A stretch of 64,000 nucleotides of DNA from Candidatus Eiseniibacteriota bacterium. GTDB lineage: Bacteria > Eisenbacteria > RBG-16-71-46 > JABDJR01. This document shows positions 36,352 through 46,877 of the stretch, one piece after another. The stretch spans positions 1,888,001 through 1,952,000 of the forward strand of contig CAWANH010000028.1 of NCBI GenBank assembly GCA_963783375.1, given 5' to 3'. How positions within the stretch are numbered: the stretch's first letter is position 1; the number at the start of each line of letters is the position of its first letter. The translations under genes were made by a program, and so were the position numbers. Below the pieces are notes generated by a model. The model was not told the DNA's origin. It made no database searches and saw only the letters and a program-made list of their open reading frames with translations.

Positions 36352-37794
36352 TTGAGCGGTCTTTTCTCGGCTTGGAATCAGATCCTGGAACGCACCGGCG
36401 GGAATCGGCGCCTGGTCCTGGCCGGGGCCGCGGTGGTGGCCGTGGTCCTGGTGTGGGGCGTGGCCCACTGGGCGTCGGAGCCGGTCTACGTGACCCTCTA
36501 CAAGGATCTCGAGTTCGCGGACGTGGCCCGGATCGGGAAGATCCTAGACGACGCCGGCGTGCCCCACCGGCTGGGCCCGGAAGGGAAGGAGGTCCTGGTC
36601 CCGGTTTCCGAGGCCCCTCACGCCCGGGTCGCGGTCGCCGAGGACGGCCACCCGGTGGGAGGGCGTCCCGGGCTGGAACTCTTCGACAAGCCGTCCTGGG
36701 GCATGACCGATTTCGCCCAGCGAGTGACCTATCAGCGCGCCCTGGAAGGGGAGTTGGCCCGCACCATCCTGGCCATCCGGGGGATCGAACGGGCCCAGGT
36801 GCACCTGGCGCTCCCCGCGCCCAGCCTCCTCCGGGGGAGCGACCAGAACGCCCGGGCCTCGGTGGTGCTCACCCTCGACCCCGGAACCACGCTTGCCCCC
36901 GAAGCGGTGCAGGGAGTGGTGTACGTGGTGAGCAACAGCGTGGAGCAGCTTTCCCCGGAGAACGTGGCGGTGATGGACAACGGCGGCCGCCTGCTCTCGG
37001 TGCCCGCCTCCGCCGAGAGCCAGGGCGGCCACAGCGGCCGCCAGATGGAATTGCAGCGCTCGGTGGAGGAGGCGCTGGCGGCCAAGATCCAGAATCTCCT
37101 GGAGCCGATCCTGGGACCGGACCGGGTCCGGGCCCAGGTGACCGCCGAACTCAGCTTCGAGAAGGTCGACCGCACCATCGAGACCGTGGGGCCGGCGGCC
37201 GCCCTGGCCGGAACGGCGGCCGGCGCCGGCTCGACCGGAGCCGCGGCCGCGTCCCCCGACCAGACCAGCTCCCGCGAATACCAGCGACGCGAAGGCTCGG
37301 TGGGCGGGCTCACCCGTCTCACCGCGGCGGTCCTGGTGGACCAGGCGGCGCTCACCACCGGGGGAGAAGGCGGCGCCAAACCCGGGATCGACCTGGACAA
37401 GATCGAGGCCATGGTGGGCGACGCCATCGGGATCGACAAGGAGCGGGGAGATCGTCTGAGCGTGATGGCCGTCCCCTTCGAGGCCGCGGCGGTCCCCGCC
37501 GACCAAGGCGGGGTGGCCGCCTCGGGTTCGGGAGGCGTCAACCTGGTGAGCCTGGCCGAACGATCGGTCCGCCCCCTGGTGGGGCTCATCGCCGTGGTGA
37601 TGATCGGGCTCCTCGCCCTGAAGTCGCTGCGGCTTCCCGCCCCCGCCGTCCCCTCGGGGGCGCGGTCCGCCGGAACCCCTACCCTGGCCGCGCCGGAGCC
37701 CCGGCCCGGCGTGGAGCCGGCTCGTGAATCATCCACCGCCGCACCCGCGGAGCCCAATCTCCAGGTGGTTCGCGGTTGGTTGAACGAAGGCTGA
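36352..37794 (+). CDS. fliF: MS-ring protein FliF
   Basis: GLELFDK..GMTDF, YQRALEGELARTI, AQVHLALP, ASVVL; two TM helices. Confidence 0.95.
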   Translation: MSGLFSAWNQILERTGGNRRLVLAGAAVVAVVLVWGVAHWASEPVYVTLYKDLEFADVARIGKILDDAGVPHRLGPEGKEVLVPVSEAPHARVAVAEDGHPVGGRPGLELFDKPSWGMTDFAQRVTYQRALEGELARTILAIRGIERAQVHLALPAPSLLRGSDQNARASVVLTLDPGTTLAPEAVQGVVYVVSNSVEQLSPENVAVMDNGGRLLSVPASAESQGGHSGRQMELQRSVEEALAAKIQNLLEPILGPDRVRAQVTAELSFEKVDRTIETVGPAAALAGTAAGAGSTGAAAASPDQTSSREYQRREGSVGGLTRLTAAVLVDQAALTTGGEGGAKPGIDLDKIEAMVGDAIGIDKERGDRLSVMAVPFEAAAVPADQGGVAASGSGGVNLVSLAERSVRPLVGLIAVVMIGLLALKSLRLPAPAVPSGARSAGTPTLAAPEPRPGVEPARESSTAAPAEPNLQVVRGWLNEG

Positions 37795-37807
37795 AAGGAA
37801 CCCCACG

Positions 37808-38827
37808 ATGACCGCCACCGCCACCCCATCCCCCGCCACCGGCGCCCAGAAGACGGCGATTCTCTGTCTGGCCATGGGGCCCGAGGACGGGTCCCGCATC
37901 CTGAAGCAGCTCAGCCCGGCCGAGCTGGAGTCGGTGGTACGGGAGATCGCGTCCATGCCCACCGTGGACGACGGGTTGGTGCGCAGCGTGCTCCAGGAAT
38001 ACAAGAAGGCGGCGGGAGCCGGTGACCACAGCGTGGCCGGCGGGTTCGACGCCGCCCGAAACCTCCTCGACGGCGTCGTCGGCCCGAAGGAGGCCGGCGC
38101 GGTGCTGGAGAGAGTCCGCGACCGGATGGCCGGGGAGAAGCTCACTCGGTTGGAGCGGCAGGAGCCCCGGGTCCTGGCCGGCATCCTCGCCGAGGAGCAC
38201 CCCCAGACCGCGGCGGTGACCCTGGCCCATTTCGATCTGAAGCGCGCCTCGAAGGTGCTCGACCTGCTCCCCGCGGATCTCGCCTCCGACGTGCTCCTCA
38301 GGATGGCGCGGCTCGACCGCATCGCTCCCGACCTCCTCACCCTGGTGGCCGAGGGGATCGAGGCCAAGGCGCGGGCGGCGACCCTGGACGAGACGACCAC
38401 CCCCGGCGACCCCGCTCGGGTGGCCCGGCTCCTGAACCTGACCGGTGGCGGACGGGACGAAGAGATCCTGGAGACGATGCGCCGGCACGACGACGACCTA
38501 GCCGGCCGGATCAAGGCCCTGATGTTCGTGTTCGAGGACCTCATCCTGGTCGAGGCGAAGGGGGTCCAGCGGATCCTCCGGGAGGTGGATCAGAAGGACC
38601 TGGCCCTGGCCCTCAAGGGGGCGAGCGAGGAGATCTCCAAGCACCTGATGTCGAACATGTCCGAGCGCGCGGCCGCCGCTCTCCGGGAGGAGATCGACCT
38701 CCTGGGGACGGTGCGGGTGAAGGACGTGGAGGAGGCCCAGGCGCGGATCCTGGAGGGGGTGCGGGAGCTGGAGACCGAGGGTGAAGTGGTGATCCGGCGG
38801 GCGGGAGACGGTGATGAATACGTCTAG
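37808..38827 (+). CDS. fliG: Motor switch protein FliG
   Basis: QKTAIL, EHPQTAA, MFVFEDL, LALALKG, NMSERAA. Confidence 0.95.
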   Translation: MTATATPSPATGAQKTAILCLAMGPEDGSRILKQLSPAELESVVREIASMPTVDDGLVRSVLQEYKKAAGAGDHSVAGGFDAARNLLDGVVGPKEAGAVLERVRDRMAGEKLTRLERQEPRVLAGILAEEHPQTAAVTLAHFDLKRASKVLDLLPADLASDVLLRMARLDRIAPDLLTLVAEGIEAKARAATLDETTTPGDPARVARLLNLTGGGRDEEILETMRRHDDDLAGRIKALMFVFEDLILVEAKGVQRILREVDQKDLALALKGASEEISKHLMSNMSERAAAALREEIDLLGTVRVKDVEEAQARILEGVRELETEGEVVIRRAGDGDEYV

Positions 38828-39485
38828 CGACGCCCTCGCCGCGTGGCGGCCTCCCTCCTTCGGGTTCGGACCGGACGATGCGGGCGGGGCGGATCCGACC
38901 GCGTCCGGCGCCCAAAGCCCCGCCCCGTGGGCGGTGCCCGAGCTGGGAACGACGCCGGAGCGCGACGAGGCCTCGGCCGGCGCCGCCGCGCCGCGGATCG
39001 ATCCCGACGAGGCCTTCGCCCGCGGATACGCCGAAGGAACGGCGGCGGGAGAGGCTCGAGGCCGGGAGGAGCTCATGGCCGCGGCCGAGTCCTTGCGGGG
39101 CGCGGCCCAGGCCCTGGTCTCCTCCCGGGGCCGCATTCTCCACGATCTGGAAGCGAACCTGAGCGCGCTGGCCATGGCCGCGGCGCGAAGAATCGTGCAG
39201 AAGGAAGTCGAAGCCGATCCCTCCCTGGTCCGCTCCCTGGTGGCGCGGGGGTTGGATCTGGTGAAGCCCGACACCACCGTCGAGGTGAAGCTCCACCCCG
39301 CGGATCTGGAGGCGGCGCGGGAGGGAATCCGGGCCCTGGCCGACGACCAGTCCCTGGACCTGAGCCTGACCCCCGATCCCGGGATCGCCCGCGGGGGCTT
39401 CGTCCTTCAGACCCCGAGCCGGATGGTGGACGGCCGCCTGGAAGAAGGTCTCCGCACCCTTTACGAACGGTTGGCATATGAGTGA
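38811..39485 (+). CDS. fliH: Export apparatus protein FliH
   Basis: AxxxG repeats, LHPAD, GG..VDGRLE; between fliG and fliI. Confidence 0.85.
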   Translation: MMNTSSDALAAWRPPSFGFGPDDAGGADPTASGAQSPAPWAVPELGTTPERDEASAGAAAPRIDPDEAFARGYAEGTAAGEARGREELMAAAESLRGAAQALVSSRGRILHDLEANLSALAMAAARRIVQKEVEADPSLVRSLVARGLDLVKPDTTVEVKLHPADLEAAREGIRALADDQSLDLSLTPDPGIARGGFVLQTPSRMVDGRLEEGLRTLYERLAYE

Positions 39486-40833
39486 CCCCACGGTGACCAC
39501 CTGGTTGGATGAGGCCCTGGCCCGGATCGCCGACGCGCGGGTCATGAACGTGCGCGGCAAGGTGACCCGGGTGGTGGGACAGATCATCCAGGCCACCCCG
39601 CTTCCGGTGGCGGTGGGGGAGGTGTGCCGCATCGTCTCCGACGATCGCGCGGACATCCACGCCCAGGTGGTGGGTTTTCACGCCAACGGCATCCTGCTCA
39701 TGCCTCTGGGTGAGACCGGCGGGATCCTCAGCGGGACCACCGTCGTTCCCCTGGGGCGGGAGTTCTACGCCCAGGTCGGGGAAGGCCTGGTCGGACGGGT
39801 GCTCGACGGTCTCGGCCGTCCCATCGACGGCAAGGGTCCGATCGGGCGCACCGAACACCACGTGCTCTCCGGCCGCCGCCCCAATCCCCTGGAACGCGCC
39901 CGCATCCACGACCCGCTGGGGACCGGGGTGCGGGCCATCGACGGACTCCTCACCATCGGGACCGGGCAGCGGGTGGGGATCATGGCGGGAAGCGGGGTGG
40001 GAAAGAGCGTGCTCCTGGGCATGATCGCCCGGAACACCTCGGCCGACATCAACGTCATCGCGCTCCTGGGGGAGCGGGGGCGCGAGGTGCGCGAGTTCAT
40101 CGAGCGCGACCTCGGTCCCGAAGGGCTCAGCCGTTCGGTGGTGATCGCCGCCACCAGCGACGAGGCCGCCCTGGTTCGCGCCACCGGGGCACTCGTAGCC
40201 ACCACCATCGCCGAGTACTTCCGCGACACCGGGCGAAACGTCCTCATGATGATGGACTCCATCACCCGGGTGGCCATGGCCTGGCGCGAGGTGGGTCTGG
40301 CCGCCGGGGAGCCCCCCACCACCAAGGGCTATCCGCCCTCGGTGTTCGCGGCGCTCCCCAGGCTTCTCGAGCGCGCGGGCACCGCGCGGGAGGGGAGCAT
40401 CACCGGGCTCTACACCGTTCTGGTCGAGGGGGACGACTTCACCGAGCCGGTGGCCGACGCCGCCCGCTCCATTCTCGACGGGCACATCGTGCTCTCGCGC
40501 GCCCTGGCCAACGCCCGCCACTTCCCGGCGGTGGACGCGCTCCAGAGCGTGAGCCGGGTCCGGGACGACGTGATTTCCGGCGAGCACCGGGAGGCCGCCG
40601 ACCTGGTGCTCCGGCTGATCGCCACCTACCGCTCCCACGAGGACCTGATCGCGGTGGGCGCCTACAAGCAGGGGAGCGATCCCGACGTGGACGCGGCCAT
40701 TCACTTCCGCGAGCCTCTCCGCGCCTTCCTCTGCCAGGACGGGGCGGACCGCGGGGAACTCGGCGGGACGGTGGAGCGGATCCGGGCCCTGGCCGCCCGC
40801 ATCCGGGCCCATGGGAAAGGAACCGAGTCATGA
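39478..40833 (+). CDS. fliI: Flagellar export ATPase FliI
   Basis: GSGVGKS, GERGREVREF, DSITR, GEPPTTKGYPPS, LDGHIVLSR. Confidence 0.97.
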   Translation: MSDPTVTTWLDEALARIADARVMNVRGKVTRVVGQIIQATPLPVAVGEVCRIVSDDRADIHAQVVGFHANGILLMPLGETGGILSGTTVVPLGREFYAQVGEGLVGRVLDGLGRPIDGKGPIGRTEHHVLSGRRPNPLERARIHDPLGTGVRAIDGLLTIGTGQRVGIMAGSGVGKSVLLGMIARNTSADINVIALLGERGREVREFIERDLGPEGLSRSVVIAATSDEAALVRATGALVATTIAEYFRDTGRNVLMMMDSITRVAMAWREVGLAAGEPPTTKGYPPSVFAALPRLLERAGTAREGSITGLYTVLVEGDDFTEPVADAARSILDGHIVLSRALANARHFPAVDALQSVSRVRDDVISGEHREAADLVLRLIATYRSHEDLIAVGAYKQGSDPDVDAAIHFREPLRAFLCQDGADRGELGGTVERIRALAARIRAHGKGTES

Positions 40834-41279
40834 GTTCGTTCGCGTTCCGGCTGGAGAAGATCCTGAGGCTCCGGTCCCTCGAGGAAACCGAGAAGGCGCG
40901 GGCCCTAGGGCAGGCGCTGGCCGAGGCCGAGGCCCTGCGCCGGGAGCGCGAGGAGGCCGACGCCCGGGTGGAGCGCTGTCGCAACCAGATGGGCGCCCGC
41001 GCGAGCGAACCGCGGGCGGCGGGACTACTCCACAACTTCCATCTCACGGTGGGGGCGGCCGAGGACGTGGCCCGCGAGGCCGAGGCGCGGCAGGAGGCCT
41101 CGGAGGAAGAGGTCGAGGACGCCCGCGAGGAATTCGGCGCCGCCCGCAAGGACCGGCGCGCCCTGGAAAACCTGGAAGATCGCGCACGGGGGGCCTGGAA
41201 GGTCGACCGCTCGCGCGACGAGCAGAAGGAATGCGACGGGGTCGCGCGCCAGCGCTGGCTCCTGGGAGGTGAATCATGA
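40830..41279 (+). CDS. fliJ: Export chaperone FliJ
   Basis: FAFRLEKILRLR start, coiled coil, EQKECD end; follows fliI. Confidence 0.85.
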   Translation: MSSFAFRLEKILRLRSLEETEKARALGQALAEAEALRREREEADARVERCRNQMGARASEPRAAGLLHNFHLTVGAAEDVAREAEARQEASEEEVEDAREEFGAARKDRRALENLEDRARGAWKVDRSRDEQKECDGVARQRWLLGGES

Positions 41280-41776
41280 AGAAGGTGATCCTCATCGCCG
41301 CGGCGGCGTTCCTGCTCTCCACCGCGGGGGGAGTGGGGGGGCGCATGCTTCTGGCCCCGTCCCGGGGAGGCGAGGCGGCCCCGGCGGAAGCCGCCGATGA
41401 CGGACCCCCGAAGCTCCCGAAGGAGGCGGTGAAAGCGGCGATCGCCGAGGCCTCGGAGAGCGCGCCCGCCGGCCACCCGGAAGCGGCGACGCCGGTGGAG
41501 TCGTCGAAGCCGTCCCCCCCGAAAGCGGCCCCGGCCCACGCGGCCCGGAGCGCCGATCCGGCGGGGATGGAGTTTCAGGAGATGGCCCGCATCCTCTCGA
41601 GCATGAATCCCGACGAGGCGGCGATCTTCATCTCCCACCTCGACGCGTCCCAGGGGCTGGGCATCCTCCGCTCGATGACCGTGCGGGATGCGGTGGTCAT
41701 TCTGGGCCGGCTTCCCGACAACCGCGCCGATGCGCTTCGCAAGCGTCTTCTCGACTTCACCGCGGAGGGCCGATGA
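41276..41776 (+). CDS. MotE/YlxF-like protein (MgtE N-terminal-like domain)
   Basis: N-terminal TM; ARILSSMNPDEAA..ILRSM..RDAVVILGRL; position after fliJ. Confidence 0.65.
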   Translation: MKKVILIAAAAFLLSTAGGVGGRMLLAPSRGGEAAPAEAADDGPPKLPKEAVKAAIAEASESAPAGHPEAATPVESSKPSPPKAAPAHAARSADPAGMEFQEMARILSSMNPDEAAIFISHLDASQGLGILRSMTVRDAVVILGRLPDNRADALRKRLLDFTAEGR

Positions 41777-42786
41777 GCATGATCAGCGGTTTCGGCGGCG
41801 CCGCCGCCGGTGCGTCTTCGGAGCCGACGGCCGCGACGGATCGTGGCGAGGACCGGGCCCGCTTCGGGCTCGCCCTGTGGCTGGCCTTGACCGCCCCCCT
41901 CTCCGACGCCCTGTTCGGGCTCGGCGGCGCGTCCGCGCCGGGAGGGGGGAGCGGACGGAGCTCCGCGGATGGGTTCGCGTCCCGCTCCGCACCCGGCGAT
42001 TCCTTCAGCTCCCGCGACCGTTCCGGGATCGGCGCCGGTCCGCCCCGGTCGCCCGACCCTCCGGGGTCGGACGGTGGTGCGCGGGAACGGGGGGATCCGG
42101 GGCGGAGCGCGGATCGGGTGGAACGATCGGAGCGGGCCGGGACTCCCGGCTCGTCCTCCGAGCCCGGGTCGCCGCCTCCGTCCGCAACGACCGCCGCCGG
42201 GCGGGACGGACGATCGGGAGCGGCCGCCGCGGCCGCGGTCTCCGGTCGGACGGGGACCGCCTCGGCGGAGCCGGCCGGCCGGATCACCGTGGTCGGGAGC
42301 GTCCGGGGCATCGGGGCCCGGACCGGCGCGCCGGCCAAGGCCGTCGGAGCGGCGCCCGGGGAGGCCGGGGAAGCTGCCGTCGCCCGCGCCCAGAAGCTGG
42401 CCGGGAAGGCCGGTCGCTCTTCCGGTTTCGTGCTGGTTCCCTTCCAGGACGAGGCGGGAGCCGAAGGGCGGGTCCGGCTCTCGGTCCGGGGGAGCGCCCT
42501 CAACGCCACCATTCTTTCCTCCGACCGCGACACGGTCGAGCGCCTGGGGCGGCGGCTCGGCGATCTCCATCGCGCGCTCGCCGCCCGGGGATTCACCGCG
42601 GCTCAGCTGAGCGTGCGGGAGAGTCGCACCCCGGCCTCGGCTCCCGGCCGGCCCGCGCCCCAGGACGATCCGGGGCGCTCGGGCCGGAACCATCCCGAGC
42701 GGGACCCCCATCAGCAGGGCGACCACCGGTCGTCCGAGGATTCCGTCCGCTTCACCTTCGACACAAGGCAGGTGCATCGTGATTGA
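41773..42786 (+). CDS. fliK: Hook-length control protein FliK (putative)
   Basis: Low-complexity body; C-terminal GRVRLSV...LGDLHRALAARGF; precedes flgD. Confidence 0.65.
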   Translation: MSMISGFGGAAAGASSEPTAATDRGEDRARFGLALWLALTAPLSDALFGLGGASAPGGGSGRSSADGFASRSAPGDSFSSRDRSGIGAGPPRSPDPPGSDGGARERGDPGRSADRVERSERAGTPGSSSEPGSPPPSATTAAGRDGRSGAAAAAAVSGRTGTASAEPAGRITVVGSVRGIGARTGAPAKAVGAAPGEAGEAAVARAQKLAGKAGRSSGFVLVPFQDEAGAEGRVRLSVRGSALNATILSSDRDTVERLGRRLGDLHRALAARGFTAAQLSVRESRTPASAPGRPAPQDDPGRSGRNHPERDPHQQGDHRSSEDSVRFTFDTRQVHRD

Positions 42787-43450
42787 CTCCACCACGTCCA
42801 CGCGCCCCGTCACCGGCGGGGCCACCGGCGCCGGCTCTCCGGGGGCCATGGGCCGCGACGATTTCATGAACCTTCTCGTCACCCAGCTCCGGCACCAGGA
42901 CCCCATGAATCCCCTGCAGCCGTCGGAGTTCGCATCCCAGCTCGCCAGCTTCACCAGCGTGGACAAGCTGGGGCAGCTCAACGACGGGATGGCCCAGCAG
43001 CTCGCGAGCCTCCAGCTCGCCACGGTGATGAGCCAGACCAGTTTCAGCGCCTCCCTCATCGGCCGGTCGATCCTGGCCGAGGGGAACCGGGTGGAAGTTC
43101 CCGAGGACGGGAAGGGAAAGGTGACGGTGGACGTGGGCGACGGCGGTGGAAAGGGAGTGCTCAAGGTCTTCGACTCTTCCGGGAAGGAAGTCGGGAGCCG
43201 CGAGATCGATTCGCTCGCCGCCGGCCGGCAGACCATCGACCTCCCCGGCGATCTCTCCGCGGGGACCTATACCTACAGCCTGGAGGTGACCGACCCCGAC
43301 GGCGGAGCGGTCTCCGTCCACACCTATCTCAACGGCACGGTGGACCGCGTCCTCTTCGAGGACGGGAGGATCGTGCTCAAGGTCGGCGACATGAGCGTCG
43401 ACCTCGAGGCCCTGGCCGAGATCGGCTCGGGAACCGCGAACGAGTCCTAG
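42779..43450 (+). CDS. flgD: Hook capping protein FlgD
   Basis: DDFMNLLVTQLRHQDPMNP, QLASF, SLIGR. Confidence 0.95.
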   Translation: MIDSTTSTRPVTGGATGAGSPGAMGRDDFMNLLVTQLRHQDPMNPLQPSEFASQLASFTSVDKLGQLNDGMAQQLASLQLATVMSQTSFSASLIGRSILAEGNRVEVPEDGKGKVTVDVGDGGGKGVLKVFDSSGKEVGSREIDSLAAGRQTIDLPGDLSAGTYTYSLEVTDPDGGAVSVHTYLNGTVDRVLFEDGRIVLKVGDMSVDLEALAEIGSGTANES

Positions 43451-43477
43451 CATCCTGCCCAGGAAGGAACACTGATC

Positions 43478-44719
43478 ATGCTACGCGCACTCTTGTCCGG
43501 AATGTCGGGGCTCAAGAGCCACCAGCTCCGCATGGACGTCATCGGCGACAACATCGCCAACGCGAACACCGTGGGGTTCAAGGCCTCGCGGGTCACCTTC
43601 GAGAACGGCTTCGCCCAGCTCCTGGCCGCGGCCACCGCGGGCGACGCGGGCTCGGGGGGCACCGCGCCCCGCCAGGTGGGAAGCGGAGTCCGGGTGGGGG
43701 CGGTGGATCCCCGCTTCACCCAGGGCTCGCTGGAAGCCACCGGGCGGCCGCTCGACCTGGCCATCCAGGGGGACGCGTTCTTCGTGCTCGGGGACGGCGG
43801 GAAGACGGCGTACAGCCGGGCGGGGAACTTCGGCGTGGACGGCGCGGGACGGCTCGTCCTGGGGGGGACGGGCTACGTGCTCCAGGGGATGGCCGCCGAC
43901 GCCTCGGGGAACGTGACCGGCCCCGCGGGGGATCTCGTCCTTCCCCTCGACCAGCCGTCGCCTCCGCGAAAGACGACCCAGATCACCGTGACCGGGAACC
44001 TAGACGCGTCGGCCGAAGCCGGCGCTACCCATACCATGAACGTGACGGTCTACGACGGTGCAGGGCGTCCCTACGATCTCACCCTCACCTTCACCGCCCA
44101 GGGAGACGGCAGCTGGACCTGGGACGCCAAGGGGGACGAGGGGAGCGGGGTGGACGTCACGGGGGGGACGGTGACATTCGACCCCGACGGCGCCATGACC
44201 GACCTCACCTACCCCGGCGGGGCCAAGGGCCTCAGCCTGAGTCCCCCCGGCGGCGGAGAGGTCACCTTCGAACTCGTGGCCGGGGGGAGCGGCGGCCAGG
44301 GCTTCACCTCCACCGCCGGGAACTCCACCGCGGCGGTGAGCGCCCAGGACGGACGCCAGGCCGGAGCGTTGACCAACCTCACCATCGGAAACGACGGCAC
44401 CATCCAGGGGATCTACGACAACGGCGAAACCCGGAGCCTGGGCCGGATCGCGCTGGCCACCTTCGCCAACCCTGCGGGGCTGGCCCGGGAGGGCGGGAAC
44501 GTCTTCTCGGCCTCGGCGGACTCGGGGGCGGCGGTGGTGGGAGCCCCCGGCGAGGTCTCGGGGTCGGCGGTGATCTCGGGGGCCCTCGAAGGGTCCAACG
44601 TGGACATCTCCCAGGAGTTCACCGACATGATCGTCACCCAGCGGGGGTTTCAGGCCAGCGCACGGGTGGTGACCATCGCCGACCAGCTTCTCGGCGAGCT
44701 GATCAACCTGCGGCGGTAG
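43478..44719 (+). CDS. flgE: Hook protein FlgE
   Basis: DVIGDNIANANTVGFK, DLAIQGDAFF, GNLDA, LEGSNVDISQEFTDMI. Confidence 0.95.
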   Translation: MLRALLSGMSGLKSHQLRMDVIGDNIANANTVGFKASRVTFENGFAQLLAAATAGDAGSGGTAPRQVGSGVRVGAVDPRFTQGSLEATGRPLDLAIQGDAFFVLGDGGKTAYSRAGNFGVDGAGRLVLGGTGYVLQGMAADASGNVTGPAGDLVLPLDQPSPPRKTTQITVTGNLDASAEAGATHTMNVTVYDGAGRPYDLTLTFTAQGDGSWTWDAKGDEGSGVDVTGGTVTFDPDGAMTDLTYPGGAKGLSLSPPGGGEVTFELVAGGSGGQGFTSTAGNSTAAVSAQDGRQAGALTNLTIGNDGTIQGIYDNGETRSLGRIALATFANPAGLAREGGNVFSASADSGAAVVGAPGEVSGSAVISGALEGSNVDISQEFTDMIVTQRGFQASARVVTIADQLLGELINLRR

Positions 44720-44947
44720 CCGCTCCGTCCCGGGAGGCCGTCCGGAAAAGGGCGGCTTCCGGGGTGGATGATTTCCGCCCCCCCGGCAAATCCTTCCGGC
44801 GGACCGGCGGCCTCAGGCCGCCGGCCGCCCCACGCCGTCCCCTGCGGCTCCACCCGGACCCGCCGCGGCCGTTCTAATCCATTACCAAACAACAGGTTAA
44901 ATAAAGCTTGCCCCGGGCCGTGGTCTTCGCCCCTCCGAGGGCGCCGA

Positions 44948-44963
44948 TGGCATGCCGGTTGCT
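44948..44963 (+). promoter_or_regulatory. Sigma54 promoter of the fliL operon
   Basis: TGGCATGCCGGTTGCT; AT-rich IHF-like patch at ~44875-44905. Confidence 0.85.
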
Positions 44964-45007
44964 TTTTGCGACGCGGATTGCAGGTTCCCGAACCAAGGAG
45001 TCGTGGC

Positions 45008-45532
45008 ATGGCCGAGTTGGAAGTGGTCACAGAGGATGCTCCCGCCGAGACGCCGCCCGCCGCGGGCCCCGCGCGCGTGGTGAAGATGGCCATCGTGGCC
45101 GGCGCGGTGGCGCTGGGTCTGGCCGCGGGCGCGCTCGGAGTGGCGCCGCGGCTTCTCTCCGGCACGCCCGCTTCGTCCGAATCGGCGTCCGCGGACAAGA
45201 GTGCAAAGAAAAAGGCGGGCAAGACCGGTGAAGCGGAGGTCGTCGAGCTCAAGAGCCTGGTCACCAACCCCGCCGGCGCGGAAGGGCAGCACTTCATCAT
45301 GGCCACGGTGGCCCTGAAGACCCACGACCGCGAGGCCGCGGCCTACCTCCAGAACAACGAGACCCTGGTGAAGGACGCGGTGGTGGGCACCCTCTCCTCA
45401 TTGAGCATGGATGATCTGAGCCGCCCGGACGCCCGGGAGCGAATCAAGACCCTGATCGCCGGACGGGCCGGCGAGCTGGTGGATCACCCGGACGCGTTCA
45501 TCGTCTACCTTCCCGAGTTCGTGGTTCAGTGA
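45008..45532 (+). CDS. fliL: Flagellar protein FliL
   Basis: AAGGAG RBS; single TM; LVTNP, VKDAVV..LS, VYLPEFVVQ. Confidence 0.9.
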   Translation: MAELEVVTEDAPAETPPAAGPARVVKMAIVAGAVALGLAAGALGVAPRLLSGTPASSESASADKSAKKKAGKTGEAEVVELKSLVTNPAGAEGQHFIMATVALKTHDREAAAYLQNNETLVKDAVVGTLSSLSMDDLSRPDARERIKTLIAGRAGELVDHPDAFIVYLPEFVVQ

Positions 45533-46527
45533 TGGCGCGCCACGAGATCCTGGATCAAAAAGGGGTGGACGCGCTCTTCGGGCTCGGGATCGTCGAGGAT
45601 CCCGCCTCGGTCGAAGCGCGCCCCTACGACTTCCTCCGTCCCGCCCGCCTGGGACGGGAGGCCCGTCGAGCCCTCGACGGGGTCCATCAGGCACTCGTCG
45701 AATCCCTGGTGAAGTCGCTCTCTCTCCTCCTCAAGACTCCGGTGGAGCTGGAGTCGATGGGGAGCGAGAACGTGTCCTTCGTCGAGCTGGCGACGTCCCT
45801 GGGTGATCCCGCCGCCACCTGGACCTTTCCCGCCGGCGGGGCCCTCGGGCTCGTGGACTTCGATGTCGAAGCCGGCCTGGCCATGATCGATCGGCTTCTG
45901 GGTGGCCCGGATCACACGGGAACCGCGGGGCGCCGGCTCACCGCGATCGAACAGGGGATCCTTCGCCGTCCCACGGAACGGGTGCTCGCCGCCCTCGGAG
46001 TCGCCTGGGGCGACCGGTTGACGGTGGGTGATTCCCTCCTGGCCTTCTCTTCCCGTCCGGCCCAGTCCCGGATCGCGGGGCCGGAGGACCGGTTCCTGAC
46101 CACCCTCTTTCGGATCCGGGCGGGGATGACCGAGGGCACGCTGACCGTGGCCCTGCCCTACGTCGCGGTGGAGGAGGCCCTGGACCAGGACACCGAGACG
46201 GCGCCGGTCCCGGTGGCGGAGACGAAGCCGGCGGCGGATCCGGGGGCCATCTTCGCCTCGGATCTCAAGGCCGCCCGCGTCGCGGTGAAGGTGAGGTTGC
46301 CCGCCTTCGGTCTCGCGATCGGGGATCTCTCGAAGCTCGACGCGGGACAGGTCCTGGACACCCTCCACGGCCCGGAGGCTCCGGTGGTGATTCTCGTCAA
46401 CGGCCGCCCCCTGTTTCGGGGAGCGGTGGGAAGCGTTCGCGGCCGGGTGGGCATCCGGATCGTGGACACCGTCGAACCGTCGGCCCCGCGGGGGCCGGTC
46501 GCCTTGAAGCAAGGGAGAGTGCTGTGA
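45529..46527 (+). CDS. fliM: Motor switch protein FliM
   Basis: EILDQKGVDAL, RPYDFLRP, IDRLLGG, RRLTAIE; SpoA-like C-terminus. Confidence 0.9.
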   Translation: MMARHEILDQKGVDALFGLGIVEDPASVEARPYDFLRPARLGREARRALDGVHQALVESLVKSLSLLLKTPVELESMGSENVSFVELATSLGDPAATWTFPAGGALGLVDFDVEAGLAMIDRLLGGPDHTGTAGRRLTAIEQGILRRPTERVLAALGVAWGDRLTVGDSLLAFSSRPAQSRIAGPEDRFLTTLFRIRAGMTEGTLTVALPYVAVEEALDQDTETAPVPVAETKPAADPGAIFASDLKAARVAVKVRLPAFGLAIGDLSKLDAGQVLDTLHGPEAPVVILVNGRPLFRGAVGSVRGRVGIRIVDTVEPSAPRGPVALKQGRVL

Positions 46528-46877
46528 CCGCTGAACCGATGTCTTCCACGCCGGAACCGCTGGAGCCCGAAGCCGCCGCATCGCAGGGCGGGGAGGTTGC
46601 GGGGGGCGTTTCGGCCCGGACCCTGAACCTGGACGCGCTCCTCGACGTGTCCATGCCGGTGAGCGTCGAGATCGGCCGGACCGACATGACGTTGAGCGAC
46701 GTCGCCGCGCTCCGGACGGGATCGATCTTCCCCCTCGATCGCCTGGTCGGCGAGCCGGTGGACGTGCTGGTGGGGGAACGCAAGCTGGCCGAAGCCGAGG
46801 TCGTCGTGGTGGGAGACCATCTCGGCGTTCGGATCGTGAGGGTCACCGCGGGCCCCGCCGCCGGAGGAACCCTGTGA
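46524..46877 (+). CDS. fliN: Motor switch protein FliN
   Basis: LLDVSMPVSVEIGRT, GEPVDV, EVVVV..LGVRI. Confidence 0.93.
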   Translation: MTAEPMSSTPEPLEPEAAASQGGEVAGGVSARTLNLDALLDVSMPVSVEIGRTDMTLSDVAALRTGSIFPLDRLVGEPVDVLVGERKLAEAEVVVVGDHLGVRIVRVTAGPAAGGTL